64,000 nt of DNA from Hydrolagus affinis (lineage: Eukaryota). Under the pieces are notes generated by a model. The model was not told the origin of the DNA, did no database searches, and was given only the letters and a program-made list of their open reading frames with translations. How positions within the stretch are numbered: position 1 is the stretch's first letter; the number at the start of each line of letters is the position of its first letter. The stretch lies in NCBI GenBank assembly GCA_012026655.1, contig JAAILG010000875.1:1-64000 (forward strand), in the 5' to 3' direction. Of the stretch, positions 27,234 through 40,210 are shown piece by piece. The position numbers and the translations under genes are program-made.

Positions 27234-27410
27234 ATGCCCCTGCAGTCAAATGGTCAAACAACACTCGCTGTCAAGGCTCGCTTGAATAAGTGGCAACACA
27301 TGAATAATGGTCTCTTACAAATGATACCAGAAGGCACCCTGCATCAATGCAAGTATATTGCAGTAGAAAGAAGAATAATTCAAATTCCTCAGGAGAGAGG
27401 AGACAAAATT
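27234..27410 (+). mobile_element. Ancient SINE 3' part (AmnSINE2-like family)
   Basis: aacactcgctgtcaaggctc...cacatgaataatggtctctt is shared with ~49100-49135 (aacacttgctgtcacacatgaataatggcctctt). Confidence 0.5.
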
Positions 27411-29193
27411 GTTGAAGAAATAACAACAGAAACTACAACACTACCCAGTTAGTCAAGCTATTTAAAATCTCACCAGTTCACTTCTTGTCACCTTTTGACT
27501 CCTAGTCCTCTTCCAATCAGCTTTTAATGTTGGTGATATAGTTTCTACTTCTGAGGACTAACCTTCCTAGATGAATGTCCTGAAGCTTTATGGATTCCCA
27601 GTGGAGAGAGACAATGCATCTGTGGATTTCCACAGTATAGTTTGCAGCTATCCTTAGTCTTAAATTGCTTTTAGATTATTATACTTCAATATTTTCTTTT
27701 TCGGCAAGATCTGTCCTTGTATAATCTTCTCTGCACCCCCCTTCCCCCCACCCCACCTCTCTTCCTGAGGGCATTTGATTTATTTTTCCTTTTCCTATGG
27801 TAGAGTCACACAAGCCCCAGATATCCTTCAGTGCCTTGCCAAGGTGACCATTATTACCATTATTCAAATGTGAACCCGAACAGTTACAGTTGGTAGGCTA
27901 GTCAAGCAAGTAACTTTCTCATCTTTAATTGTTTAAAAGGACAACGTTTTCATAAAAGGACTTTTTAAAACATTGATCACAAGCTATTAAAGGATCACTT
28001 CAGGGAAACCACCTTCAGATTGTGCGAGTAACTCACCCACACCCAGTATTTTTTTTTGCAATACCTGTATTGTTTTTGCGTAGCAAGATAAATACTCATT
28101 TTCAGAGCAGATATTTGGACCTTTAAATGACATGAAATGGCTTGTGGGGGCTGAATATTGTGTTCAGCACTAGGCAACTTCAGGCATGATTCTAACACTG
28201 AAGAACAATAATATTTTATTAGCTGACAGTACTTTCACACTTTCCCTGAGATAAAATAGTCAGAGAAGGCAGTATACTCTGGCAATAAAAGTTTATTGTC
28301 AATCATTGCTCAGCTCAGCAATAAAATCAGGCAGTAATTGATTTGATATTCAAGGCTCCCTATTTCACTGCTGCCATTTTTAGCTACCAAAGTGCTCTGA
28401 AATGAACACAATATGATGACAACTGTGTTCATTCTATTATATGTTGTCCATCAAAGAATTATAATTTACAAATATTTTTACCTTGACAAGTGCCGAATAT
28501 TTGGAAAAGCCTTGCAGAAAATAAGATCTGTCTTAGTCATCGGAAGTCTTTCCTTTAAATAACAGTCCTGTAGAGCTGTGATTCTGTTGTAACAGTTTCA
28601 GATTATGTTATTCAAGTTTAAAATGTGTGAATGCGTCTTTTATCTTTCTTCATCTACTTATCCACTCATAATCTGAAACCAACAAAGACAATTTTTGCAA
28701 TGCTAATCATTGCTTTAGACGGTGTCTCATCTTTCATATCATCTAGATTTGATCCTTTCTTATACTATTCCAAAGGTGGCATCCATCATATATTTCTCTG
28801 TCTCTATTCATTTGAACCATTCCTGCAAATCACAGTCTCTGACATTCTTTGATAGGGGATATCAAGATTGCAATGAGATAATAAATATCAAAGTACACTA
28901 TAAGTAAGGATTATATTTCAGGATCATATTATACACTTGTTTTGATCACTGCTTGTGGTATTTTTGAACATCAAAACCAATGACAGCATACGTTGACAGG
29001 GCTGTAAACATCATTCTGATAATTTTGTAACTGACATGTAAGATATTCTTGAAAAATAGCTCATAAAATGTAGCCTCTCTTGTTGAACTCAAAGACCTTA
29101 GTCCTGGATTATTAGTTTCATGATAAATGCTTGAGTTTTTAAATTGAACAGTGGATTAGCATTGAATACCTATGGACTGGAGTAAGTGGAGAG

Positions 29194-29461
29194 GGCCTCT
29201 GCACACAAATATTGCTTCTCTACCATTGGCGGCCATGCCTTCAGCCACCACACCCCGAAGCTCTGAAAGTCCCTCCCTCAATCCCTTTGCCTCACACCCT
29301 CCTTTTCTATTTTCAGGTCACGCCTGAAGACCCTTCTGTTCGACCGTGCCTATGGTCACCTTCCCTTTCCCCTTAGCTCATCTCCGGGCTCCACTATTGT
29401 GTAGTGCTCTGAGATGCCATCTGGAATGGAGGGCGCTATATAAATCCAAGTTGTTGTTGTT
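29194..29461 (+). mobile_element. L2-clade LINE 3' fragment
   Basis: STIGGHAFSH...SLPQSL...FRSRLKTLLFD coding remnant with tail gggcgctatataaatccaagttgttgttgtt; homologous to 53681-54070. Confidence 0.9.
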
Positions 29462-29960
29462 CTGTACATGTGCCATTTGATGGATAATCTTATTAAAATT
29501 TGAATCTGACTTTAAAAGAGTCCCTTGTGTCTGTGACATTGCTTTGTCTTGTAATAATATGAGTTGCTTGGGAAAAACCAGATGCTCCTTGCAGAGTTCA
29601 GAGTTATGCAAAAACTCCTTTTGAAGGCCCAGTTCACACAGAAAGATAGTTCACAGTCTAATGTGTTGCAAAGAGGTAAACACAAAATATGTGAGAAGGA
29701 GTAGGGAAAAGAACAGGCATTTTCAGGGCATCTAAAAAATCAATTTCCAAGTTCAATTCTATGGTTGATTATAAAAAAAACTGTTGATATAAATGTGTTC
29801 ATTTCAGTATAAGAATGTAAGATTTTATGCCAAATAGTGAAATACTACACCATCACAATGTCAATAAGGATAGAACTCGCCATGCATTTCCATTTACCAA
29901 ATTGTTTTTCCCCTATTAATGTGATGCATCGCTCATAATATGAAAATAAATCTTAGCTTT

Positions 29961-30062
29961 TTAGAGGAGCAACTCAATTGAGCAACTCAATCCCACTCCC
30001 CAGCTCTCTCCCCATAAATCGCGCAAACCTGTCCTCCCCAAATAAACATCTACCTCTCTTTT
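29961..30062 (-). mobile_element. CR1-clade LINE 3' fragment
   Basis: atcccactccccagctctctccccataa...cctcccaaataaacatctacc is the reverse complement of part of 13403-13480. Confidence 0.75.
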
Positions 30063-30604
30063 ATAAGTTGCCTTTACAGGCAATGTCTTCAACAGTACAT
30101 TAATTATGTAATTACATGCAGAACCCATTCCATTCTGCCACGTTAAATGTATCACTGTTTGCAAAATGAGTCCACAGCATCACAGTAAAATGGCTCAGAA
30201 ATGCAACTTCCCTACAATGAAAGAACCACATTGAATAATTTGGCCAGTTTCATTCACCAGTTTTTTGTTCTCTGAACTGTTTTCCATAGAGTACAAACAG
30301 CCTCTATGTACCTTGCCTAATTGTTCATTCTTGTTATGGAGGCCTTGGCAATGTTGCCATGCTGATCACCTCTATGGGGTACTGTACCACAAACGAATCC
30401 AATCATATTTGCATCCAATTTCTAGGTACATGCACTTCCAGGAGAGGTCACCGTTGCACCCTTTCTATTGCCCTGGGTGGGATCAATTAACTCAGCACAG
30501 AGTAGCAAGATTAAAACGTGCAACATTCTGTATATTCTGTCCAGATCAATGCCTTCACCTACTGAATCCTGTAATTTTGACACCTTGCTTCATTTGAAGT
30601 CAAA

Positions 30605-30966
30605 CACAGATTCAGAAGCTTGTGGGTTCAAGCCCCAGTTTGGGATTTCAAACTCACAGTTTGGGCTGACATCAGCGTTCCATTGTCACTAGCTGGGGTG
30701 CCATTTTTGAATGAGACATTAAATTGAGGCCAGTTGGACTATAAAGTGTTCAAAAAGAGGAGTGTCTCCTGATGTCTTCGCCAACAATTCTCCACCATAA
30801 ATAGGTCATTTCCTTGTGGCTGTTTGTGGAATATTGCAACGCACAAATTCACTACTGCATTTCCTTACAAAATATAGTCACTATGCATTACAGAAAAGTC
30901 TGTGAGTCTGTTTGAAATGTTTTGATATGTGAAAGCACCATACTGTAAGGAAATGTAAGGACGATT
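30605..30966 (+). mobile_element. Deu-domain SINE (SacSINE1-like), near full length, decayed
   Basis: tcagaagcttgtgggttcaagcccca (box B), ggtgccatttttgaatgagacattaaattgaggcc (Deu core), ctgtttgtggaatattgc and an L2-like tail. Confidence 0.75.
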
Positions 30967-33009
30967 AAATATATTTACCAGCATTATATGTTTGCCCCAT
31001 TATTAAACCATTCTAGTTTTAATGTTAAAAAAACACACGCACTTATGGTTTCATATCATTTCTGAAATTTCGGCTTCTATTTTCGTACGAAAGATATAAT
31101 TTCCTATCACACAAACCATTAAATCCTATTATTCAGGCAAATAATTTCAGATCAAAACGTATGCTAATAAAATGTTTAAGTGTTAAAATCAACTTCTTTA
31201 TCTGCTTCGGGAAACACATTATCACAACCACCTTGATGTACATCAAGCCTCTCATAAAATTAAATTGAAATTTTGAGTAAAGATCTATCATGAATATTAT
31301 CTCCTACCATTACCAGTAATGGTCATTTGTTACAGATGGATACCACAAGCTCACATCAAGATGAGCAGACAACTTTGTTCCTGAATGTTATCAAATTTAT
31401 CAAATAGATTACAGATTAAACTTATTTTCTGTATTATTATTAAATAATGTGGACACTGATGATACCATTTTAAACTACAGTGTGACACTGAATTTAGCAC
31501 AATAACTTTTGTGTCCATAATAGAATGAAATGAGGAACTATAAAATATTCAACTAACATTCAGTCTTGTTTTGACATTTTCTAAATGATTTTATATGTCG
31601 GCAAAGAATGTGTTTTTACACATGATTTTAAACAGTTGATAATATAGTACTAAACGTTTGTAATATTTTCAGGATGTTATAGAGAGCACTGCAGCAAGAA
31701 AACTATTGGGATTAATTGTAAAGGAAATTACAGAACACTTTTACTATTTTTCTGCAGCGCACTGTTAATTTTAACATTACACTTTTTAATTTGGGTTTAA
31801 GTAAATTCCAGAAGGAAACACTATGAATAAAAAGATTAAACAGTGGCAATCTGACTCTTATGGGTCTGAGCCCATTGAAACAAAAGATAATCTGCCAATA
31901 ACCCATACTACTCATTTTGTTTTGTTGAAAAAGAGAAAGAGAACACATACTCCAAATAATTGTAGAGTTTTACTATGGGAACTGGACATATTGGACCTTT
32001 GTGAAGCTGACATTCAGATTCTGAAATGACAAATCATCTAAGAGTATTGCCAGAAAACACACAGTGTTCACCCTCACATAGTTTCTACACAGAAGCTTTC
32101 CTGCATGTTGGATAATTTTGTTTTGAGCTGCCGAAAGGCAAAATTTCTCACCTGTTTGCTCATTGGATAGTGACCAAATTCTTTCCTTATCATTCCCTAG
32201 GGATTTGTACAGATTTTCTCTTATTTTCTCCTGCCTTACCTTTTCACTCGCTCACTAATATTTTCTGAATCCAACGGGTGGATGCCTTTACTCATCAACT
32301 TTCTTACTTAAGAACGAGGCAGATGCATTTAAGCTGCATGAGTTTGCATAATGTAGTATCAGGTAATTCTATAATCCTTAAAGAAATGGTGAGGCTCATT
32401 TGTTGGTTCAACTTTCCAGCATTGGATAACGATAGTTACTGTGGACACATTGATAACCTGGCAATTAGTGCGGGATGTATGCCATAGTGATATATGCTTC
32501 CTATACCAAAAAGGGTTCTCCATACTCTTTCTAATCCTAAAACACATTTTTGATCTTTCAATCCTTTCATTGCAGGTACAGGGGAGAGATGATTCCCTCA
32601 AAGCCTTAGTACAGGTATTATGGTTGAACTCAAAGATTTCTCCTCTTAGATGCTGCTCCTGACAAAGTGTTTGAGAGTAGCTAAAGACTAGATACTGATG
32701 TCACACAAGGCAGAATTCTGAGACAAAGCACACAAATGCTGCTTGTACGATTTTAAATCAAATTCTCATTGGTGTTTCAAACTAAAAAGTCCCAAAAAAA
32801 TTAATCCATATCAGGTGGCAGACGTTTTGTTGCACACTATTCTCTAAGAATGTCTGGAGATATACAGCATTTCAAAACACATTTGATGTGATCATCATGA
32901 CACTGAAATTTCACTCATTTATCTATCAATTGATAAAGTGTCTTAAGTAAAACAAAATATTTGTTGGAATACAATCATTCTTATTACTATCTCTCTCTTT
33001 TGTTCTGAA

Positions 33010-33375
33010 GGTGCCTTCTCCCACCTCCACAACAATATCTGCCTCTGCCACTATCTCCCTTCAGGCTGCTGAAACCCTCATCCAAGCATTCATTATGTCC
33101 CGGCTTGATTACACTAAACTCTCTGCTCACCAGTGTTTACAACTCTTCTCTCTACAAGATTATTTGGAACTCTACAGTCCCTCTGCCTCATCCTATCCCT
33201 TCCCTCCTTCAAGGCCATCTCAATACCTTTGTTTTCGAACATGCCTTCATTCATCCTCACTACTACCCCCTTGCCTTCCACTCCTCTCTGACCCCAATCA
33301 GCAACTCAAGTACAAACCCCTCATTATCCAGCGCCTTGGGATGTACTCCCCACGTGAAAGGTATAAGTGCAATTT
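33010..33375 (+). mobile_element. Old L2-clade LINE 3' fragment
   Basis: AAETLIQAFIMSRLDY matches the L2 ORF2 motif; ends cagcgccttgggatg...gtgaaaggtataagtgcaat. Confidence 0.75.
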
Positions 33376-34709
33376 CCCAACAATTTCGATAATCAAAATT
33401 AAACTTAGATTTCTAAAAGGAAAGTTGACCTCAGGATTTCCATATCTTAACAGTACAAATAGACTTTGAAGAAAGCTCTCTCAGCATATTCCTTTGGGCT
33501 GGAGGATTTAAAAAAAACTGATGCCATTAAAATATATCTGATGCTGTGTCAGTACTTGTATTGTCTTCTGTCATTTGTTCCATCTCAGAATCTAATAGAT
33601 GATTTCAAGTTGTAGGCAGTATTCAGTCAACTTCTTAAGTACAAGAAATCTACATAAAGTGAGTGTGTCTACCAATACAATTCTGCCACGGATGGAACAG
33701 GTGCTTGTTTGATCATGGATCACAATAAAAGCAGACAGAAACTAGCACACACAATTCAAAATGAAGCACATTTAGATAGGCATATGAGAATATACATTTT
33801 CTAATCCAAACTCTACAATCGACACTTTAGAGGAATATTACATATACAACCAACAAAACCATAATCTCACTGGTAGTTAATAGATTTATCTATAGATTTC
33901 ATTTTTTTAAAATTATTGAAATATGTCAAAAATTGTCAATGTCACCATCTTCCTATACTTCTTATACCTAGAACTGCATTTCATTCATTGAAAAAGGACA
34001 TCACTAAAAGCACATACTCACATAAAAAGCTGCCGTGAGCTTTGTTTTCAGTGACACTTGTCAGCTAGAGGTTGTTTAGTGTGCTGAAGAGTATAGAAAT
34101 AGCCCTGGAGAAAGACAGCATGTTTGGAGGAGAGTGCGTAATGTAATAATTGCAAGGAAAATGCAGTATACGTGAGAAAACTAATAGAAAATGACAAATC
34201 ATTTGGTTCTGTAACGCAGACAGACTTCAGAAAACAACTGTAGGTATATGAGAATACTGTAACAGCAATGTGGTGCTATGACAAACTAACAATCATGTGG
34301 AGTTCGAGCAAATGTAAAATAAATTGCTGTCAATCCAAATCAATTAGTACAATATGTAGTGTAGTTGACGCTATCCTGCTTGAAAGGCACCTTACAAATG
34401 CAACTTGTTGTTGTGAACATTAATTACATACGCGCCTTGATTGTAACAGTTTACAAGCTATTTGACTATGGACATAAATCAGCTAAGCCTGATCCTGTCT
34501 AACTCCAAGAAAAGCCACTGGATAGCAATTAGTATGTTCACTCATTACGCTTGCAGAATATTGCAGACCATAGTATGCCCAGGCTGAGATCACACAGAAC
34601 ATCTAATGCATCTTTGTATGACTCATTTCTTTTAGTGTGCCCAATTATTTTTCTAATTTCCTCCCCACTGGCACATGCTATTCTGGCATACCTTTATTCT
34701 CCTGGTCTG

Positions 34710-34985
34710 ACCTCCTGCTACTGGTTGGTTTCACACACACTGGTTTCCTTCAGTACCCCACCCAAGTGGCTATTATTTGTTTGTGAGTCTTGGCAGTGTC
34801 AGCAGGCAACTTGACTGTGGAAGGCATCAGAGCTCTCCCCACCTGGCTGACACACGCAGGCAGCCTGGGAAAGTTTAGTCTCCCATGCAGTCCTGGATGA
34901 TATCAGCAAACTCGGCATGGCCTAGGAATTGCATCAGCAAACTGCTGATCCACAAGCTGCTTTATCCGCTAGGCCATTGGGGGCC
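34710..34985 (-). mobile_element. Ancient SINE (AmnSINE2-like family), decayed
   Basis: cccaagtggctattatt..tgtgagtcttggcagtgtcagcaggc resembles the reverse complement of the 27234 and 49100 segments; head-like cccaatggcctagcggataaagc on the minus strand. Confidence 0.45.
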
Positions 34986-35330
34986 CTGGCTCTATTCCTA
35001 TTTACTGTTAAACTAAACTAAAGAAACTAAACTAAAAATGGACCTAGAAACAATTATAATAAAATGATAACATAATGAAACGCATTCATCCCGGAAAAAA
35101 AAGATTTTGTAGATAGTTAGTCAAGTTAGGAGTTGGCATTCTTGAAAAATAAGTTATTTAAATAATAGTTTTAAATACTAATAACAAAATTGCCTGAGCA
35201 TTCAATGTTCCATTTTGCTAAATGTGAGATGTATGCAATTTTACTGCTATTAATAAGATTTCAACAGCTAATAGCAACACACTTGCAGTAATGTGCTGTT
35301 CAAAATACTACTACTACTAGCTGCTACTAA

Positions 35331-35595
35331 TAATAATCCTTGCATTTGATATAGAGCTTTATCACGTCTTTGAAACGTATCAAAGCGTTTCACAGAATAT
35401 CACTGTACTGTGATTTGAATTGACTGTATATTTTGTAGGTAAAACATGGTAGCCTATTGCGCACAGCAATGTCCCAAAACGGTTGTCCAGTAATCAAATT
35501 ATCATTATTTAATTTTTTTTAGGGATTATTGCCCCCAGAAAAGTGATCTGCCAATTGACTAACAACAGGATTCCTATTTACTGCTTGGTAACAAG
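35331..35595 (-). mobile_element. tRNA-derived SINE (long subtype), 5' truncated
   Basis: taataatccttgcatttgatatagagc...attattgcccccagaaaagtgatctgccaattgactaac, with the central segment shared with the 9891 copy. Confidence 0.85.
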
Positions 35596-38508
35596 TAGGC
35601 AGCAAGTAAACTGATGAAAAGCAAAAGTCAATGAATACACCATACAAGAGGCCACAATAATTCTAAAGTAACCTTGAGGTTGTGAAGATGGTGGACCTTA
35701 AATTAGTGGCAGATAGTTTCTATTTATATAGCACATGGTTTGCTATACACAGCAATCTATTGCAATATACTCTATACACAATCAAAGCAGAACTGAAACC
35801 TGGATGCCAAATTGAGGACTAATGACTGTAAGTGTGCCATTTGAAAATAATAGCACTCAGTTGCAGAACTCACTGAAAGTCGGCTCACTGACATCTGACA
35901 ACTGGCTAGTCTGTTGCTGATGACTGCTCAGGGGCAAGAAACAGGAAACCTGACAATGAAGTGGTTCAATTACTTCCTTCATTAATTAATCACACAGAGA
36001 CCATTTGAGACTAACACAAATATAGCAGAATTAAATTAATCACTACCTGTATGAAAATAATGACATTAAAGTGCCTGCAAAATATCCTAAATTACAGTAT
36101 ACCCTCTATATACTGTACCAAGCTTGCCTTCCTCTCCCTTATGATACATCTGCCGATTCTGCAAGATCTTTGCTCTCATGTAAAAACTCTGATTCACTTC
36201 TCTCACCACTATAGTTATACAGTAGTTTCAAATCTCAACCTTTTTTAAGATTACTCATGCCGATCCATACCTAGCATCAATTACTTATGTTCTCCATTGT
36301 GCAGTGCTGCAATTTTAACATGGTACAATATTCAGCAGTTAACTTGTCCCTTTCCTTACATTTTCATGAAAATAATGTATTTTAATGCTACGTTCTGAAG
36401 AACAGGGGACTCAGAGAAGCTCTATACACAGGCGAATTGTCCAAAAGCATAATCTCCCAATTTTCCTCCTCAGGTCAACAACTACAGGCATATTTTACAC
36501 CATAACTTTTTACACCTAAATTGCAGTTTTAAAAAGAGAATTATAATCTAACGCAAGTTAAATGAAACATTGACAGCCTTGTTATTTGTGTGATTTCATT
36601 GCAAAAATCTCAAAACGTCGGCTTGCAAATGCAAAAGTGAATTGCGACCTGTTGGACAACAACTGCACCCCCGGAACATTTATTCCTGAAATGAACAAAT
36701 TGGTGTTGTTTTTAGCACATCAGATTTATCGTAAAGCAGCTACCATCTCTCTCATCAATGCTGGTTGCTCATGTTTGGTGAATGTGTACAGTATTCTGTG
36801 GTGCTGTATGTTCTAATTGCTTATGGTACAAATGATTGAGAGAAGAAATAGCCAATGACAGAGGTATAGATGGAGATAGATTGAAAAGCCACTCAGTGTG
36901 TTTTACTCTCTGGGCAAAATGACAGACTGAATGCAATTTGATTTCACAATTGCTTACTTTTTATCAAATATAATTAGAAATCACTAAAAGCGCAATAATT
37001 CTGTAACTTGATGCTTTAATGTATCATCATTACTGTCTATCATCTGAAAATTAAAATGAAGAAGCTAAAACACTGTGCAATTTTAGGTTTAGGACATGAT
37101 TAGGAAGTGCAACATTGCTGTTTATATAACTCATGATGATACATCAGTTAAATTTCAATATGGTTTAAAATGACTTTTTTCTACCATTCAGAAGGTTTAC
37201 CATTAAAGCGTCACAGCAATAAATTACTGGTACTACAACAAAACCTTTCTGTGCAGATGATTCATTTATGGCTTTCCAATCCCTTTTCTTTGGACTTGAA
37301 AGTATTTGAGGTGTATAAATTAGGGCCGTGGAGTCAACTGTGACACCAACCAAATTTCTCATTGGCCCCAGGAGGAAAACTGAGGACTGAGGAATTATCC
37401 TTGTTAGTACAATTTAATCTCTAGGGCCAAAACCCCTCAGATAGCTTATACCAATTGCTGACATCTCTCCCTTTCTTCACATGTGAAATGGGCATTTGCT
37501 CATCCAAATAGACAAATGTATGCAACACTGAAGAATCACATCCTTAGCTTCAGTCAATGCAGTAAAGAAAGCAAACCACACAAGAGAAAATCATTTTAAC
37601 TTGATAGATAAATGCCAATCGACAAATGTACATTATTGCCAAGACAGAGTTTCTTTAACCTAACTTGTTCTAAGTGAAATTCACGATAAAGTAGCATTTC
37701 TCCATTTTCGTTGTAACGCACTAAATGGCAACTGGTAAACTAAACCACATCAATATTAAACACTTGCACATACAGAAACAGCTCATCTCAGAGAGGACTT
37801 GTGAAGGGAAATGGAAGATGAAACATCCCAAATTCCATGACGTTTAAAATAACTGTGCCAAGCAAAGCATGGTCTGCTGCTGTCCTCTGCAATAATGTAT
37901 GATGATGTGGTTTTGAACGATTTACTGGTCCACATGAAGGATTCTTTAATGCTTTATTTCCGTTGGTCTAATTTAATTCTAGGCTTTACACCAAAGGCTT
38001 CTAAAATTATGCTGATATAAAATCTCCAGTGTAAATGGTTGGTTCCAAAGTGCCTAAAGAGCTAATTACAGAGCCAAAGCCGGTACTTGTTTAGTTTGTT
38101 TCATAGTTCCATTTGCATGTCACAGAAGGTTATATTGATACATCCGTTGAAGTAATACAAAACCTGTAAGTGCTTTGAATGCAGGTTATATCAGGTACTT
38201 AAGTGAATTTTTGCATTTATTTCAGCAATATAATGTACATAGCCAAACATTTTGATATAATTTTTGACTATAATTAAATGATCACAGAATGTCATCTAAC
38301 AGCACCTTAGTGAAAAAATTCTAATGCTGCAAACGTTTATGCTTAATTAATGTAAACTACAGTACTATCTAATGAAACCTAATGTAGCTGATGGATAAAT
38401 CTAATGTAAATTATTTTAAAACAAATAGTCTTAGTACCTTAAATATAAATGCTGTAAATGTCACTATTTGAAAGAAGCAGGTTACACTGATTTGGGAAAT
38501 TTCTTCCT

Positions 38509-38905
38509 CAACAACAAAAACAACAAAATTACATTTGTATAGCACCTTTCACATTGGGAGCGGACTTGAAGGAGGCGAGGGAGGGGGCGAGGCGGAGGAA
38601 CTGCGGGATGGAATTCCAGAGGTTGGGGGCAGAGTGGTTGAAGGCTCGCGCGCCGATGGTGAGGCAGGTGGGTCGGAGGCCATGGAACAAGCTGGAGCCC
38701 ACTGAGTGGAGGGAGCAGGCACGTTGATAGGCAGTTAGGAGGTCACAAATGGGGCAAGGCAATGGAGGACTTCAAGGTGAGGACCAGAATCTTGAATTGA
38801 ATCCACTGGTTGATGGGGAACCAATGGAGTCAGGCAAGAATGGGGGAGATGGGGTCGCGGAGCTTGGTGCGGGAGAGTACACCGGCTGCAGAGTTCTGGA
38901 TGATC
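38509..38905 (-). mobile_element. L2-clade LINE 3' fragment
   Basis: Minus strand QNSAAGVLSRTKLRDPISPILA*LHWFP..FKILVL and TIGARAFNHSAPNLWNSIPQ; (caa)n tail on +. Confidence 0.9.
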
Positions 38906-39904
38906 TGCTGGATGATTCCTCAACTGCTGTTTTTACAGGAACATATGACATTGGTTCTACGCGAGCTGCAGCTAGGAAGATTGCAGGCAAATAAACAGAA
39001 TACTTTCCACATGACCACACTGTACCTAACTTCCATACATTTACATAATTGTGTGAATTAAAAATTATTCCTAATCAGGCTTGTGAGCAACTCCAGCAGC
39101 TTACTAATAAATTCTGTAATAGAACCGTTCTAGTTGCTTATTTAGTATTTTGATAAATTCTGATGAAGTGGAAATGTGGAATAAGCTGTAAAAAAAAACA
39201 TTATATTCCATAGCAACTAGTAATTGCACTGTTCTGTATTGTTAACCAATTTTGAATGTGGATGAAATCTGAGGTTGTCTACATGCACAGTTGGCAGCAC
39301 ATAAGCGTGGTGTTAGAAGCTGCCATTATTTTAGCATTTATCATAAATCATGGAGCTTCAGTGTTTCAAGATGCTATGCCATGTGAAGATTGCTATCTAA
39401 ACGCAAGTTGTTGTTGCTAAACTGAGTTTAGAGAAACATCAAGGCTCTATATCAAATGCAAGGATTATTATTATGGCTATGCTATGTTGATCCCCGGAGG
39501 ATGTACTGAACTTATATTTATTGAAAGATTGCAGGAAATTGCATAAATTACTTAGATGTATGTTCTCAGTGTCAAAATGGAGACCTCGGGAGTAAAAGAA
39601 TGCTTTTTAGCATTTCCTGAGAAACTTCTCAAATCCTTTACAAAGTTGCACTGTTGTTGTTTATCGTGAACTGATATTTTCTGCAAGGAAACTTTGGTTT
39701 AATGAGTACCCCCAGGAAGAAAATGAAAAAACCCAGCAATAACCTAAGATGATGGATGTTAGGGTCTGGATAAACATAATTCAGCTATTTTAGTTATTTA
39801 CTTTTAGAGGAACACTCTTCATAGGAAAATGTTTGACACACTCTTTTCAGCAAGGCATACAATGAGAAAATAAGAGGCACCTAACTTTGTACAGTTTTAT
39901 GTAT

Positions 39905-40210
39905 TCCTCCCAGTCTCCCGCTTGACCCGCCCTACCATCGGTGGCCGGGTTTTCAACCTCTCTGCCCCCATACTCTGAAACTCCTTCCCATAGTCCCCTC
40001 ACCTCACTTTCTACTTTGCCTCCTTCAAGGCTGGTCTCAAGACCCTCCCTTTCAATCATGCCTTCTGCTACCCTCCCACCTGTCTCCCTCCCTGCGCCCC
40101 TACTATGCCTCTCTCCCGTGCTTGGGTCCCGACCCCTGACTGTTTAGTGCCTTGGGACGTCCTCCTGACCACCAGAAAGGTGGTCTACAAATGTAATTTT
40201 GTTGTTGTTT
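39905..40210 (+). mobile_element. L2-clade LINE 3' fragment
   Basis: TIGGRVFNLSAPIL*NSFP..FKAGLKT remnant; tail ctacaaatgtaattttgttgttgtt. Confidence 0.85.

Noticed and set aside
33011-33469. 152-aa ORF
   Set aside because: Decayed L2 ORF2 (AETLIQAFIMSRLDY) running into non-coding DNA.
38529-39061. Cluster of five short ORFs
   Set aside because: GC-rich L2 fragment with stops and frameshifts.
39158-39185. CTGATGA..GAAA hammerhead-like string
   Set aside because: No room for helix II and no UH cleavage triplet; chance match.
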